From Candidatus Omnitrophota bacterium (lineage in GTDB: Bacteria; Omnitrophota; Gorgyraeia; Zapsychrales; JANLHA01): a DNA stretch of 64,000 nt. Below, piece by piece: positions 10,221-18,932 of this stretch (position 1 is its first letter; each line of letters starts with the position of its first letter). A model generated the notes under the pieces. It ran no database searches. It saw only the letters and a list, made by a program, of their open reading frames with translations, and had not been told where the DNA came from. A program made the translations under genes and the position numbers. The DNA lies in contig OY759724.1 of assembly GCA_963662715.1 (NCBI GenBank), positions 3,293,845 through 3,357,844 on the forward strand, given 5' to 3'.

Positions 10221-10246
10221 TTGTGAAATTTTTTTAAATTTCACAA
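10221..10246. promoter_or_regulatory. Perfect 11-bp inverted repeat TTGTGAAATTT-tttt-AAATTTCACAA in the rhs upstream region; candidate operator
   Basis: Read directly from the sequence, about 265 bp upstream of the rhs start in a 550-bp AT-rich intergenic region. The arms are exact reverse complements. The AT-only stem makes a terminator function unlikely. Confidence 0.3.
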
Positions 10247-10410
10247 AACATAAAGCAAAAAAAGCCCGCGCTCACTTTCTGTTTGACGAAAATTCCTGTA
10301 GTAAAATATTTAATTTATGGGGATAGATAGGGGAAAAATGTGTGAATCTGGGGTAGTAAAATTATTATAAGATGATTTTATGCAAAAATCAATATGACAA
10401 ACCAGGACAT

Positions 10411-10437
10411 GTTGCCCTGTCCCTAAAAGGGGACAGC
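10411..10437. repeat. Copy C of the hairpin module GTTGCCCTGTCCC-TAAAAG-GGGACAGC, with a perfect 7-bp stem
   Basis: It lies 70 nt downstream of the 3' end of the minus-strand sulfotransferase-like gene and has the same core as 1118-1143 and 11590-11616. Confidence 0.45.
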
Positions 10438-10506
10438 TCCTTTCTTTTTCTTGACCATCCAGACTACAAAACGTATTTTTGAAACCATTAAAGGGCATTC
10501 TATAAC

Positions 10507-11406
10507 TTATAGATAACCCAAATCTTTCAAAACAGGACCTGTAATAGAAACAATTTCCTCAATAGGTTTAGGATCAGAGTTCTTCCATTTTCCAATTCGA
10601 TTCTTGTTAGGAATCTCACACAATTGCTCCATATTTTTATAATCTCTCATCCCGACATGATCAAGCATTTTGGAAATGATCTCTTTTGGATTTTGACACA
10701 AATCCTCATATCGAAGGACCAAAACCCGCGTATGGTCTCTGTGCGCAATAAGCCGAGACGTACTCTCCTTCCAAAGAAGGGCTCCAAACATATTTTTTCT
10801 AGGAGGATTTTTAGCCTCTTTAGAATGAATGGAATCGAAAGATAATCCCTCATACTCTTTTATATCAATCTTATTAAAAAAACATTTCTTTTTCAATTTT
10901 GTAAACATATACCAATCCGCACGAAATAACAGACAAAATTTAAGATAACCAAGGATGTGAGGAAATTCACTAGCCGTTAGACATCGAGTCGGAACACCCA
11001 TCCCCAACCCCGAAAGAACAACATCCCGACTATCACGAACGATTCCGATAATCTGGCCACGAGGAAACAATTTAAGCATATACGGAATCATGTATGACAA
11101 GAAGGGCATCTTAAAACCCCACGGACGAGAAAAATCAAAGTATTGAGACAAAATTTTATAAGCTCTCTTGATTTCATTTTGAGTAGGACTCCGTAAACCT
11201 TCATGGCGAAGAAAGGCCTTTTGACATAATCGATTAAACTCTTTATTAGAAAAGTCGTTATTATCGGCTATTATAGCTTTTTTCCCACGACCAAAATCGA
11301 CCCCCCTCTTTTCAAAAATCTCAACCAGCATCCTCGTTCCCGCATGCCACATACCTGTGAGAATGATCGGCTTATCAAAAAATAAAAGTCTTTCTTCTTG
11401 AGCCAT
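10507..11406 (-). CDS. Sulfotransferase-family protein (299 aa)
   Basis: It carries a P-loop-like 5'-PSB motif (IILTGMWHAGTRML), a 3'-PB-like motif (IVRDSRDVV) and the C-terminal LVLRYEDLCQNP, which is typical of the Sulfotransfer_1/3 families. Confidence 0.5.
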   Translation of the reverse strand: MAQEERLLFFDKPIILTGMWHAGTRMLVEIFEKRGVDFGRGKKAIIADNNDFSNKEFNRLCQKAFLRHEGLRSPTQNEIKRAYKILSQYFDFSRPWGFKMPFLSYMIPYMLKLFPRGQIIGIVRDSRDVVLSGLGMGVPTRCLTASEFPHILGYLKFCLLFRADWYMFTKLKKKCFFNKIDIKEYEGLSFDSIHSKEAKNPPRKNMFGALLWKESTSRLIAHRDHTRVLVLRYEDLCQNPKEIISKMLDHVGMRDYKNMEQLCEIPNKNRIGKWKNSDPKPIEEIVSITGPVLKDLGYL

Positions 11407-11551
11407 CGTTAACCTCCCTTTATAATTCCTTTAATTTCGAAGCCAAGGGCCTTCATTGAAACATCCTTAACGTAGATTCAGCGAAGAATCCTTCAAAGCG
11501 AGTTCCGCAGCCGTTCCGCTTTCATTGTCCAAGAGTCGCGGAACGCTGAAA

Positions 11552-11616
11552 GGACTGTTTAAGCGAAAAGAGTTCTCCTCTCCGAAAAGTTGCCCTGTCC
11601 CTAAACGGGGACTGGC
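11552..11616. repeat. Copy B of the two-module intergenic repeat; its hairpin loop spans the tal stop codon
   Basis: The sequence is GGACTGTTTAAGCGAAAAGAGTTCTCCTCTCCGAAAAGTTGCCCTGTCCCTAAACGGGGACTGGC. About 80% of positions match copy A. Confidence 0.5.
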
Positions 11617-12734
11617 CCCTCCTTCTTCTTTTCGATGGCATGGAACAAATCAGCGAAGGATTTCTTGAAAGCATCTACGCCGTCTGCGAGCAGGCTCCGG
11701 CAGATATCGTCTATCTGAATTCCGGTTTGCGGAAGGACTTTAAAAACTGTGCGCGCTTCCTGTTCATCCAAGGCCAGATCATGTTTCAGCTGACCATGGT
11801 CTAAATAGGCAAATAGCGTCTTTTCCGGCACGGTGTTGACGGTGTCTTTCGCGATAAGCTCTTCCACATATTTGATATCACTGTAGGCGGGGTTTTTGGT
11901 CGATGTCGACGCCCATAAAACACGCTGGGGACAGGCCCCTTTCTTTTTCAGCTGAAGCGCCTGACCGGAAGAAAACAGCTGCCGGTATTTTTCGTAAATG
12001 AGCCGGGCATTGGCCACGGCAACCCGGCCCTGCAGAGAGGAAAAGATCGCTCTTTCATGATCCGTCTGCGCGGCAAGCAGTTTTTCTTTCAAAACCTGAT
12101 CGACCTTTGTATCAACACGGCTCACAAACACACTCGCCACCGAATGAATCCGGCGTAAATCCTTTTGCCGGGCATTGGCCTGCTGAAGTCCGTCCAAATA
12201 AGCGGCCGCTGTCTGACAGTATTGTTCGATGGAGAAAATGAGCGTCACATTCACATTGACCCCCTGCGCCAACAGGGCTGTCACAACCGGGAACCCGGCT
12301 TCTGTAGCCGGCACTTTGATCATCACGTTCGGGCGGTGAACAGCGTCAAAAAGCCGCAGCCCTTCCTTAATAGAGGCCTCTGTATCGTCAGCCATCAGGG
12401 GATTGATCTCCAGGCTCACGTAACCATCCAGAGCATTGGACTGTTCATAAACCGGGTTAAAACAATCGGCCGCGTCCTGAATATCCCTGATCGTCAAAGC
12501 ATCGTAAATATCAGGGACAGAACAGCCCTCCTGATGCATGCGGGTGATCACATCATCATAATCCGTCCCCCGGCTGATCACCTGGTTAAAAATGGCGGGA
12601 TTGGAGGTCATGCCTTTCAGGCCTTGCGCGATCCATTCATTCAACGCACCGCTTTCGATCAGCTGACGGTTGATATAATCAAGCCATATGCTCTGTCCGA
12701 AAACAGCCAATTGTTCGAGCTTGTCGGCCGGCAT
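11601..12734 (-). CDS. tal: Transaldolase (377 aa)
   Basis: Motifs GMTSNPAIF (the TTNPSL-type motif), MIKVPATEAGFPVVTALLAQGVNVNVTLIFS (the Schiff-base Lys region) and ASVFVSRVD are all present. Confidence 0.85.
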   Translation of the reverse strand: MPADKLEQLAVFGQSIWLDYINRQLIESGALNEWIAQGLKGMTSNPAIFNQVISRGTDYDDVITRMHQEGCSVPDIYDALTIRDIQDAADCFNPVYEQSNALDGYVSLEINPLMADDTEASIKEGLRLFDAVHRPNVMIKVPATEAGFPVVTALLAQGVNVNVTLIFSIEQYCQTAAAYLDGLQQANARQKDLRRIHSVASVFVSRVDTKVDQVLKEKLLAAQTDHERAIFSSLQGRVAVANARLIYEKYRQLFSSGQALQLKKKGACPQRVLWASTSTKNPAYSDIKYVEELIAKDTVNTVPEKTLFAYLDHGQLKHDLALDEQEARTVFKVLPQTGIQIDDICRSLLADGVDAFKKSFADLFHAIEKKKEGPVPV

Positions 12735-12757
12735 AACTTTCCTCTATGATTTCTTCC

Positions 12758-12776
12758 GAGAAGTTGCCCTGTCCCC
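12758..12776. repeat. Half-copy D of the hairpin module (GAGAAGTTGCCCTGTCCCC) followed by a T-run
   Basis: It shares the 21-nt core TCCGARAAGTTGCCCTGTCCC with copy B and lies between the tal start and the transketolase C-subunit stop. Confidence 0.35.
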
Positions 12777-12794
12777 TTTTATTTTTTTTATCTT

Positions 12795-13733
12795 TTATTT
12801 CCGTTTGACCGCTTTCTTGGCCGCGACCGCGATATCCACATCTTTCAGATGATAGGCTTTGAGCAGTTCCTGCGGAGAACCGGTTTCCCCGAAACGGTCC
12901 TGTACGGCAACCATCTCCATGGGAACAGGACAAAAACGCACAAGCACTTCCGCCACAGCGCTGCCCAGCCCGCCGTGGATCTGGTGCTCTTCAGCCGTAA
13001 CAATCGCCCCGGTTTCGGCTGCCGCCTGCTGGATGGCGGAAATGTCGATCGGCTTAATCGTGTGCATATTGATCACACGGGCCTCGATCCCGTCCTTCTT
13101 CAATATCTCTGCGGCCTGCAGGGACTCGTAGACCATGAGTCCGCAGGCAATAAGAGTGACATCCGTGCCTTCTCTCATGACCACAGCCTTGCCGACCTCA
13201 AAAGGATCCGACTCTTTGGTCATAACCGGAAAAGGCGCCCGGGACGTTCTCATGTAAACAGGGCCTTCTGCCTGGCTGATCACGCGCGTGGCTTTGGCGG
13301 CTTCAACGGCATCCACCGGGCAGATCACCTGTATATTCGGAAGGACACGCATAATCGCCAAATCCTCCAGGCATTGCGCGGAAGCGCCGTCTTCCCCGAC
13401 CGTAATCCCGGCGTGGGAACAAACAAATTTCACATTGCGGTTGTTATAGCAGACGTCCAGCCGGATCATATCATAAGCGCGGTTGGTCATGAAAACGGCA
13501 AAAGAACAGGCAAACGGGATAAAGCCATGGAAACTCAACCCGGCCGCCGTGCCCACGACATCCTGTTCGGCTATCCCCAGGTTATAAAATCTCTCGGGAA
13601 AAGCTTCCTTAAAATATTCCGCCCGGGTCGCGTCTTCCAAATCACCGGATAAGACCACAATTTTCTCATTCGTTTTTCCTAATGCCACCAGTTCATTGCC
13701 GAAACCGTCCCTGGTCGGGATCATTTCACTCAT
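12795..13733 (-). CDS. Transketolase, C-terminal (pyrimidine-binding/C-terminal) subunit of a split transketolase
   Basis: The sequence YNLGIAEQDVVGTAAGLSFHGFIPFACSFAVFMTNRAYDMIR... is typical of the TktB-type subunit. Confidence 0.85.
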   Translation of the reverse strand: MSEMIPTRDGFGNELVALGKTNEKIVVLSGDLEDATRAEYFKEAFPERFYNLGIAEQDVVGTAAGLSFHGFIPFACSFAVFMTNRAYDMIRLDVCYNNRNVKFVCSHAGITVGEDGASAQCLEDLAIMRVLPNIQVICPVDAVEAAKATRVISQAEGPVYMRTSRAPFPVMTKESDPFEVGKAVVMREGTDVTLIACGLMVYESLQAAEILKKDGIEARVINMHTIKPIDISAIQQAAAETGAIVTAEEHQIHGGLGSAVAEVLVRFCPVPMEMVAVQDRFGETGSPQELLKAYHLKDVDIAVAAKKAVKRK

Positions 13734-13762
13734 CTTTTTCTCCTGTTGACTTCTCTGTAAAT

Positions 13763-14599
13763 TTAATTCGAATTAACCTGTTCCAATTCCGTTAAAGCAG
13801 CCTGCAGCTGGTCCGCCTTCGGCGCCTTGCCGTGCCACTGGGATTTTCCCTCCATGAAAGACACGCCTTTGCCTTTAACCGTATGGGCGATGATAACAAA
13901 AGGCTTTTCCGGGACGCTGTCAAACTGGTCCAGCGCGCTGAACAATTCATGAAAATCATGTCCGTTCACCTCAACGGCATGCCACCCGAAACTGTTCCAT
14001 TTGGATAAAAGCGGCTCAAGGTTCTTGATGTCATTCGTCGGACCGTTTTCCTGGACTTTATTATAATCAACGATGGCGCACAAATTATCTAATTTATAAT
14101 GGGCGGAGGTCATGGCCGCCTCCCAGATGGATCCTTCCTGGATTTCCCCGTCGCCTAAAATACAGTAGGTCTTAAAATCTTTTTTCAGCATCTTGGCGCC
14201 CAGGGCGATGCCGTTGGCCACAGCCAGGCCGTGACCGAGCGACCCAGTATTAAATTCGACGCCGGGTGTCTTGACATGGACATGCCCCTGCAGAGGGCTG
14301 CCGTACTTGCGGTAACGCTTCAGCTCCTCTTCCGGGAAATATCCGCTGTCGGCCAAAGCCACATAAGCGACCGGAGTGCAGTGCCCCTTGGAAATAATGC
14401 ATCTGTCCCGGTCCGCCCAGTCAGGGTTATCCGGACGATGGTTCATTTTATAATGATACAGCGCGATAAAAATCTCCACGGCCGAAAGAGAACCGCCGGG
14501 ATGGCCGGAACCGGCAGAATGGACGATTTGTAAAATCTTCTTCCGGAATTCTGTTGCCTTTTCTTTCAGTTCGTTCATATCAACTCTTTTGGTTGTCAC
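13763..14599 (-). CDS. Transketolase, N-terminal (TPP-binding) subunit of a split transketolase
   Basis: The sequences HSAGSGHPGGSLSAVEI...GSLGHGLAVANGIALG...ILGDGEIQEGSIWEA are TPP-binding motifs. Confidence 0.85.
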   Translation of the reverse strand: MTTKRVDMNELKEKATEFRKKILQIVHSAGSGHPGGSLSAVEIFIALYHYKMNHRPDNPDWADRDRCIISKGHCTPVAYVALADSGYFPEEELKRYRKYGSPLQGHVHVKTPGVEFNTGSLGHGLAVANGIALGAKMLKKDFKTYCILGDGEIQEGSIWEAAMTSAHYKLDNLCAIVDYNKVQENGPTNDIKNLEPLLSKWNSFGWHAVEVNGHDFHELFSALDQFDSVPEKPFVIIAHTVKGKGVSFMEGKSQWHGKAPKADQLQAALTELEQVNSN

Positions 14600-14784
14600 A
14601 AAATCCTCCTTTACTAAGCAGAAAATCAGCTTATAACTAAACCGTTGACTTGTATCATTGTATTACATATTTAAACAGTAAATATAGGGAAAGATGGCCA
14701 AGGTGATTGTCATGGAATAAACGTCCATTCTTTTTGAAACAATGATTTTTGCGGAAAACAGCCGAGACATAAGAAGAAATAAAA

Positions 14785-14858
14785 TGGGCCATGGAGGACT
14801 CGAACCTCCCGCCCTCTGATTAAGAGTCAGATGCTCTACCAAGATGAGCTAATGGCCC
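14785..14858 (-). tRNA. tRNA-Lys (anticodon CTT)
   Basis: The reverse complement folds as a cloverleaf. It has a 7-bp acceptor stem (GGGCCAT/ATGGCCC), a D-arm (GCTC...GAGC), an anticodon stem (TCTGA/TCAGA) with loop CTCTTAA, a T-arm (GGAGG-TTCGAGT-CCTCC) and discriminator A. CCA is not encoded. Confidence 0.85.
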
Positions 14859-15101
14859 AAATGTTACAACTTATTTATTTTCAATTTTTTAGCACAAAAG
14901 GATCTGGTCATCTTTATTCATAATCATCCAATATGCTAAAATAGCGCTATTTTCAGAGTCTTTATTATACCTGATATACATAGCGTGTAAATTATTTTTT
15001 TCGTATATTTGATAGCCATACTCAGTCCTGTGGCCTCCCCTTATCCCTGATCCACAGCCCCAATAACAGTCCCTTTACGATAACTGATTTATTATCCTGT
15101 C

Positions 15102-15575
15102 TTAATTGAATAAAATAAAGGTAATGATTCCGCCCATGTATCCCAGGAAAACCGGGAAGCTCATTTTCCGGACATACCAGCCAAAGTCCATTTTCTCCAT
15201 GCCCATCACGACCACACCCGCCGCAGAGCCGATAACCAGCAAACTTCCCCCTGTCCCCACACAATAGGCAATGAGCTGCCAAAGCGGCGCGTCTTTGGGA
15301 TAAACGTTGACATCAAACATCCCCATGGTTGAAGCCGTTAAAGGGACATTATCCACCACAGAGGATGTGACACCCAGGAAAGCGACCATGACATTCTTGT
15401 TCCGGAACATTGTGTCCAGCACATGAGCGATTCGCAACAGGATGCCGGCTGAATCCAGAGCCGCAACGGTTAGAAGGATGCCTAAAAAAAACAGAAGACT
15501 CGAATAATCGACTTGTTTCAATATGCGCGGGACCTGAAGCCTGGCCTTCTTTTTATGGGCTTTGTCCGTATACAC
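15102..15575 (-). pseudogene. C-terminal fragment of a disrupted NhaD/ArsB-superfamily ion transporter gene
   Basis: The fragment reads ...VVDNVPLTASTMGMFDVNVYPKDAPLWQLIAYCVGTGGSLLVIGSAAGVVVMGMEKMDFGWYV... and is the apparent continuation of the N-terminal fragment at 18144-18911. The two are separated by about 2.6 kb that carries an IS1182 transposase and an orphan RHS tip cassette. Confidence 0.5.
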
Positions 15576-15960
15576 CGATAGTGTCGGAAAACCTATTGTA
15601 GAAACAAATCTGTACTCTTATACCGGAAATGACCCCGTAAATTGGATAGATCCTTTGGGTTTGTTGAAGAGGGATCATCGTTTCTGGGAGAATGTCAAAG
15701 AAGGGGTAATGAATAATCTTAAAAAGAAGTATGCTAAGTTTAAGAAAGAGAATCCCTGTGAAGAAGCTCCGCCAATTGCCGGGGAAGATTTGGAGAGCTC
15801 ATTAGATAAATTTGCAGAAGCTTTTGCCGATGAATTAACAGAGAAAGAATTCGGTTTCTTGGGCAGGGGCGTTGAAAAAAATAGTGATGCTGTTAAGGAA
15901 CGCTTAAAAATTAAATATCCTGATTGGCCATGGGAAGAATGGGACATAATTTTTAAATGA
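15562..15960 (+). CDS. Orphan RHS C-terminal fragment: residual core end plus alternative toxin tip (132 aa)
   Basis: It begins ...YTDSVGKPIVETNLYSYTGNDPVNWIDPLGL, which is the RHS core terminus (PxxxxDPxGL motif), followed by a ~100-aa charged tip. There is no upstream RHS body, and the ORF starts with TTG inside the transporter fragment. Confidence 0.6.
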   Translation: MSVYTDSVGKPIVETNLYSYTGNDPVNWIDPLGLLKRDHRFWENVKEGVMNNLKKKYAKFKKENPCEEAPPIAGEDLESSLDKFAEAFADELTEKEFGFLGRGVEKNSDAVKERLKIKYPDWPWEEWDIIFK

Positions 15961-16334
15961 GAAATAACCTGAGAGAGCACGTTCCAAGGCGGAAACTAAT
16001 ATTGGGATGTTTTATGGGGTTTTGCTTTGGTATTCTAATAATCGTTTGCGGGGATTTTGTTTCAAATATTCCGAATTATTCAAGCAGCTTTTTCCTGAAT
16101 TCAATTTATTGGGTATGTACCTATTTAGCCAGTGTGGCGGCAATACTGGCAAAGCTAATATTAGGAACATTCTTTAATAAATGGTACTCAGTGGTATTAA
16201 ATTTAATCGCATTGATGTATTTTTCAGTATTGGGAATGTGTTGTGTTGTTCTGTTTAGAAGGGGTAAAAAAATTTTTATATTTGTTTTCATTGCTCTTCT
16301 GGTCGTTCATGGAGCAGGTCTGTATTTATTCTGA
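15957..16334 (+). CDS. Small polytopic membrane protein (125 aa); candidate immunity protein for the orphan RHS tip
   Basis: It overlaps the orphan tip ORF by 4 nt and is hydrophobic with about 4 TM segments, the same architecture as the 1167-1628 ORF that follows the full-length RHS. Confidence 0.4.
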   Translation: MRNNLREHVPRRKLILGCFMGFCFGILIIVCGDFVSNIPNYSSSFFLNSIYWVCTYLASVAAILAKLILGTFFNKWYSVVLNLIALMYFSVLGMCCVVLFRRGKKIFIFVFIALLVVHGAGLYLF

Positions 16335-16448
16335 GATGTCCGTAATTTCAAAAAGGGATTTTCCTGTAAAATAATATATAAAACAATAATGTCGTCGAGA
16401 TTATGAAGTATAATAGAGGTGTCCGAATAAAAGAAAGGAGCCTCTTGA

Positions 16449-18044
16449 ATGTTAAAGAATCCCCAAAACCAAGCCTCATTTTTTGATGCTGAGTATATCT
16501 GCGAAGACTTAATCCCTGCCGATAGTTACTACCGCAAGTTCAGGGAAATAGTCTTCCCGCTCATGGATGAGTTGGATTTTGAATCCATGTATTGTCAGGA
16601 TAATGGCCGTCCGCCGATCTCGCCGAAGTTGTTGGCCATGGCGTTGCTGTTGCAATTCCATAAGAATTTGTCAGATCGGGGAATGGAGCGGGCATGCATG
16701 TATGATATTGAGATCAAGTATGCCTTGGGATTAAAACTCAACGAGCGACCGTTCGATCATTCAAGTCTGGGAGATTTTAGGAAGCGATTGTATGAGCATG
16801 GACAAAGCAAGAGGGTTTTTGACCAGATACTCAACAAGTTGATTGAGGCAGATTTGATAGAGCGTGATGAAATTCAGCGGATTGATGCGACGCATATGAT
16901 TGCTGATATTGCGATACCGACGGTGGTGGCGTTGGTCAAGAAAGGCATTCGTGAAATATTAAAACCGTTGAAAGGCCAAAAGCCCGAGTTATACGCTAAG
17001 GTTATAAAAAATATCGATGTCGAAGAATATACGCGGGAAAAAGTCAACCAGGCGGATGAAGGACGGCTGGATATTGAGAAACGGCAAAGAAAGCTGGTCA
17101 AGGTCGTTACCGATGCGCGAAACCTTTTGAGAGAAGTCGAGGATGTTAACATGAGTCGTGGATTGCGAAAGCGGATTGAATTGCTTCAGAGGATACTGCA
17201 GGAGAACGTTAAGGAAGCCGACGAGGGCAAGATTGAGGAACGCAAATATAAAGATAAACCGCCGGACTTGCTGGTAAGTCCGATTGACGAAGACGCGCGG
17301 TATGGCGCAAAGTCGGATACAAAAAGATTTATGGGATACAAGGCAAATGTGACAGAGAGTGTGAAAAATCGGTTGATCACAAATATTGAAGTGATGCCCG
17401 GAAACAGACGGGATGGTGAGCCGACAGTGAAGATGGTGGTGGAGCAGAAACTGAACGGATTAGTCCCTAAGAAGCTGGTAGGAGACGCGGCGTACGCGGA
17501 CGGGATGTATAGAAAATTGCTCAAAGATAATGAAACCCTGCTGGTCGCACCGTTAAGAAAAGTTAATGAAAGTGCACAAAAAATTTACCCCAAAAGCATG
17601 TTTTATTACGATGAGAAAACAGGAACAGTAACGTGTCCGCAAGGCGTAAAAACAAAAACATGTTTTGAAGATCGTCGCCATGGGTTAAAGCAATTTCATT
17701 TTCCGATGAGCGCGTGCAATCAGTGTGGCGTTCAGAAAGAGTGTACAAAAGCAAAAGAAGGACGCCGGACGATAGGGATCAGTATCTTTAATAAAGAGCT
17801 GCGCGAAGCCGAAGTATACAACGAAACAGAACAATTCAAAAAGGACATGAAGCTGCGTCCACCGATTGAAGGAAAGCTGTCGGAGTTGACGCGGTATCAC
17901 GGCTTAAGGCGCGCACGATATCGAAGGTTATATAAAGTGCGGCTTCAGGGTTATTTTACAGCGGCTGCGGTGAACATCAAGCGGTGGTTCAAGCTGATTA
18001 TCGAAGGAATAGCAAGGCACCCGGAGGTTGCGATGGGCTTTTAG
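16449..18044 (+). mobile_element. IS1182-family (IS5 group) transposase, 531 aa, apparently intact
   Basis: The N-terminal GRPPISPKLLAMALLLQFHKNLSDRGMERACMYDIEIKYALGL...FDHSSLGDFRKRL and the C-terminal YHGLRRARYRRLYKVRLQGYFTAAAVNIKRW are hallmark IS1182-family motifs. Confidence 0.8.
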
Positions 18045-18143
18045 AAGATTGAAGGGCGTAAAATAAGTGCGCCCCAAAAATAATGCTCTTTGAAACTGGA
18101 CCAAAAGTCCAACGGCGGAAAAATACCGGGTTTTCAGACGGTA

Positions 18144-18911
18144 TCACACCCATAATAACCCTAATCCCAATAAAACGCTCAGATAAGGCGGCAGATCGAA
18201 AACGGCTTTTAAAACAGGGACCAGCAATAAAGCACCCGTCCCTATCAAAAAGACCGTATTGGTTTCAACGGAGCTGACGCACCGCACTGGCATAAGCCCC
18301 TTGGCGTTTTTGCCCTTGATCCGGAAAGAGAAATACAACAAAGGAAGCAATACGCTCACGAGACTGGAAAAAAACACTTTTTGAATCACCGCAGCAGATG
18401 TTAGATATCCTTTTATCCACAACATTGTTGTTGTCACATCCCCTATAGGCGTCCACGCCCCGCCGGCATTCGCCGCGACAATAATCATGCTGGCGAAGGT
18501 CAGGCGCTCTGCTGTTTTCGGCAGGAATTGATGCAGAAGCGTCATCATAATGATAGACGTTGTCACAAAAGCGGAAAGGAAGAACGTCATGAACGTGGTC
18601 AGCCAAAGCAGGGACAAATGGCTCCTGGCCTGAATCAGGCGGGAAATAACGCAAAAGCCGTGATAAGAATCAATAATTTCCACGATCGTCATCACCCCCA
18701 TCAAGAAAAAGAATATCTGTGCGATATCCGAGACATGGTCATTCAGCTGCTGGAGCACCACGGCATCATGATGCCAGCTGTCGATTAAAACAATGCTCCA
18801 GCAAAAGAAAGCGAGCAGTATCGCGACGGCAGATTTATTCACTTCAAACTTCTGTTCGAAAGAAATAAAAACATAGCCGCCGATAAAAACAATTAAGAGG
18901 ATGATATCCAT
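18144..18911 (-). pseudogene. N-terminal fragment (255 aa) of the same disrupted NhaD/ArsB-superfamily transporter gene
   Basis: The fragment is polytopic and contains ...ANAGGAWTPIGDVTTTMLW... . It ends with a stop codon immediately before the inserted segment. Confidence 0.5.
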
Positions 18912-18932
18912 AATGTCATTATCTTCTGTCTG

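Noticed and set aside
10221-10246. CRP/FNR-type site or intrinsic terminator
   Set aside because: The TGTGA/TCACA half-sites are separated by 14 bp rather than 6, so the site is not canonical CRP or FNR. The stem is AT-only, which makes a poor terminator. It is kept only as a generic operator candidate.
12165-13652. Plus-strand ORFs of 194 aa and 267 aa overlapping tal and the transketolase C-subunit
   Set aside because: They are antisense to well-supported minus-strand enzymes with clear catalytic motifs and have no recognisable features of their own.
12795-14599. Transketolase as a frameshifted pseudogene because it is in two ORFs
   Set aside because: The split into N-terminal (TPP-binding) and C-terminal subunits at this position is a common natural two-gene arrangement. 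Both ORFs have intact starts and stops and a 29-bp spacer.
14785-18911. tRNA-Lys-associated integrative island
   Set aside because: The 3' end of the tRNA faces away from the IS and orphan-rhs region. No integrase gene or direct-repeat attachment sites were seen, so the insertion is better explained as IS-mediated.
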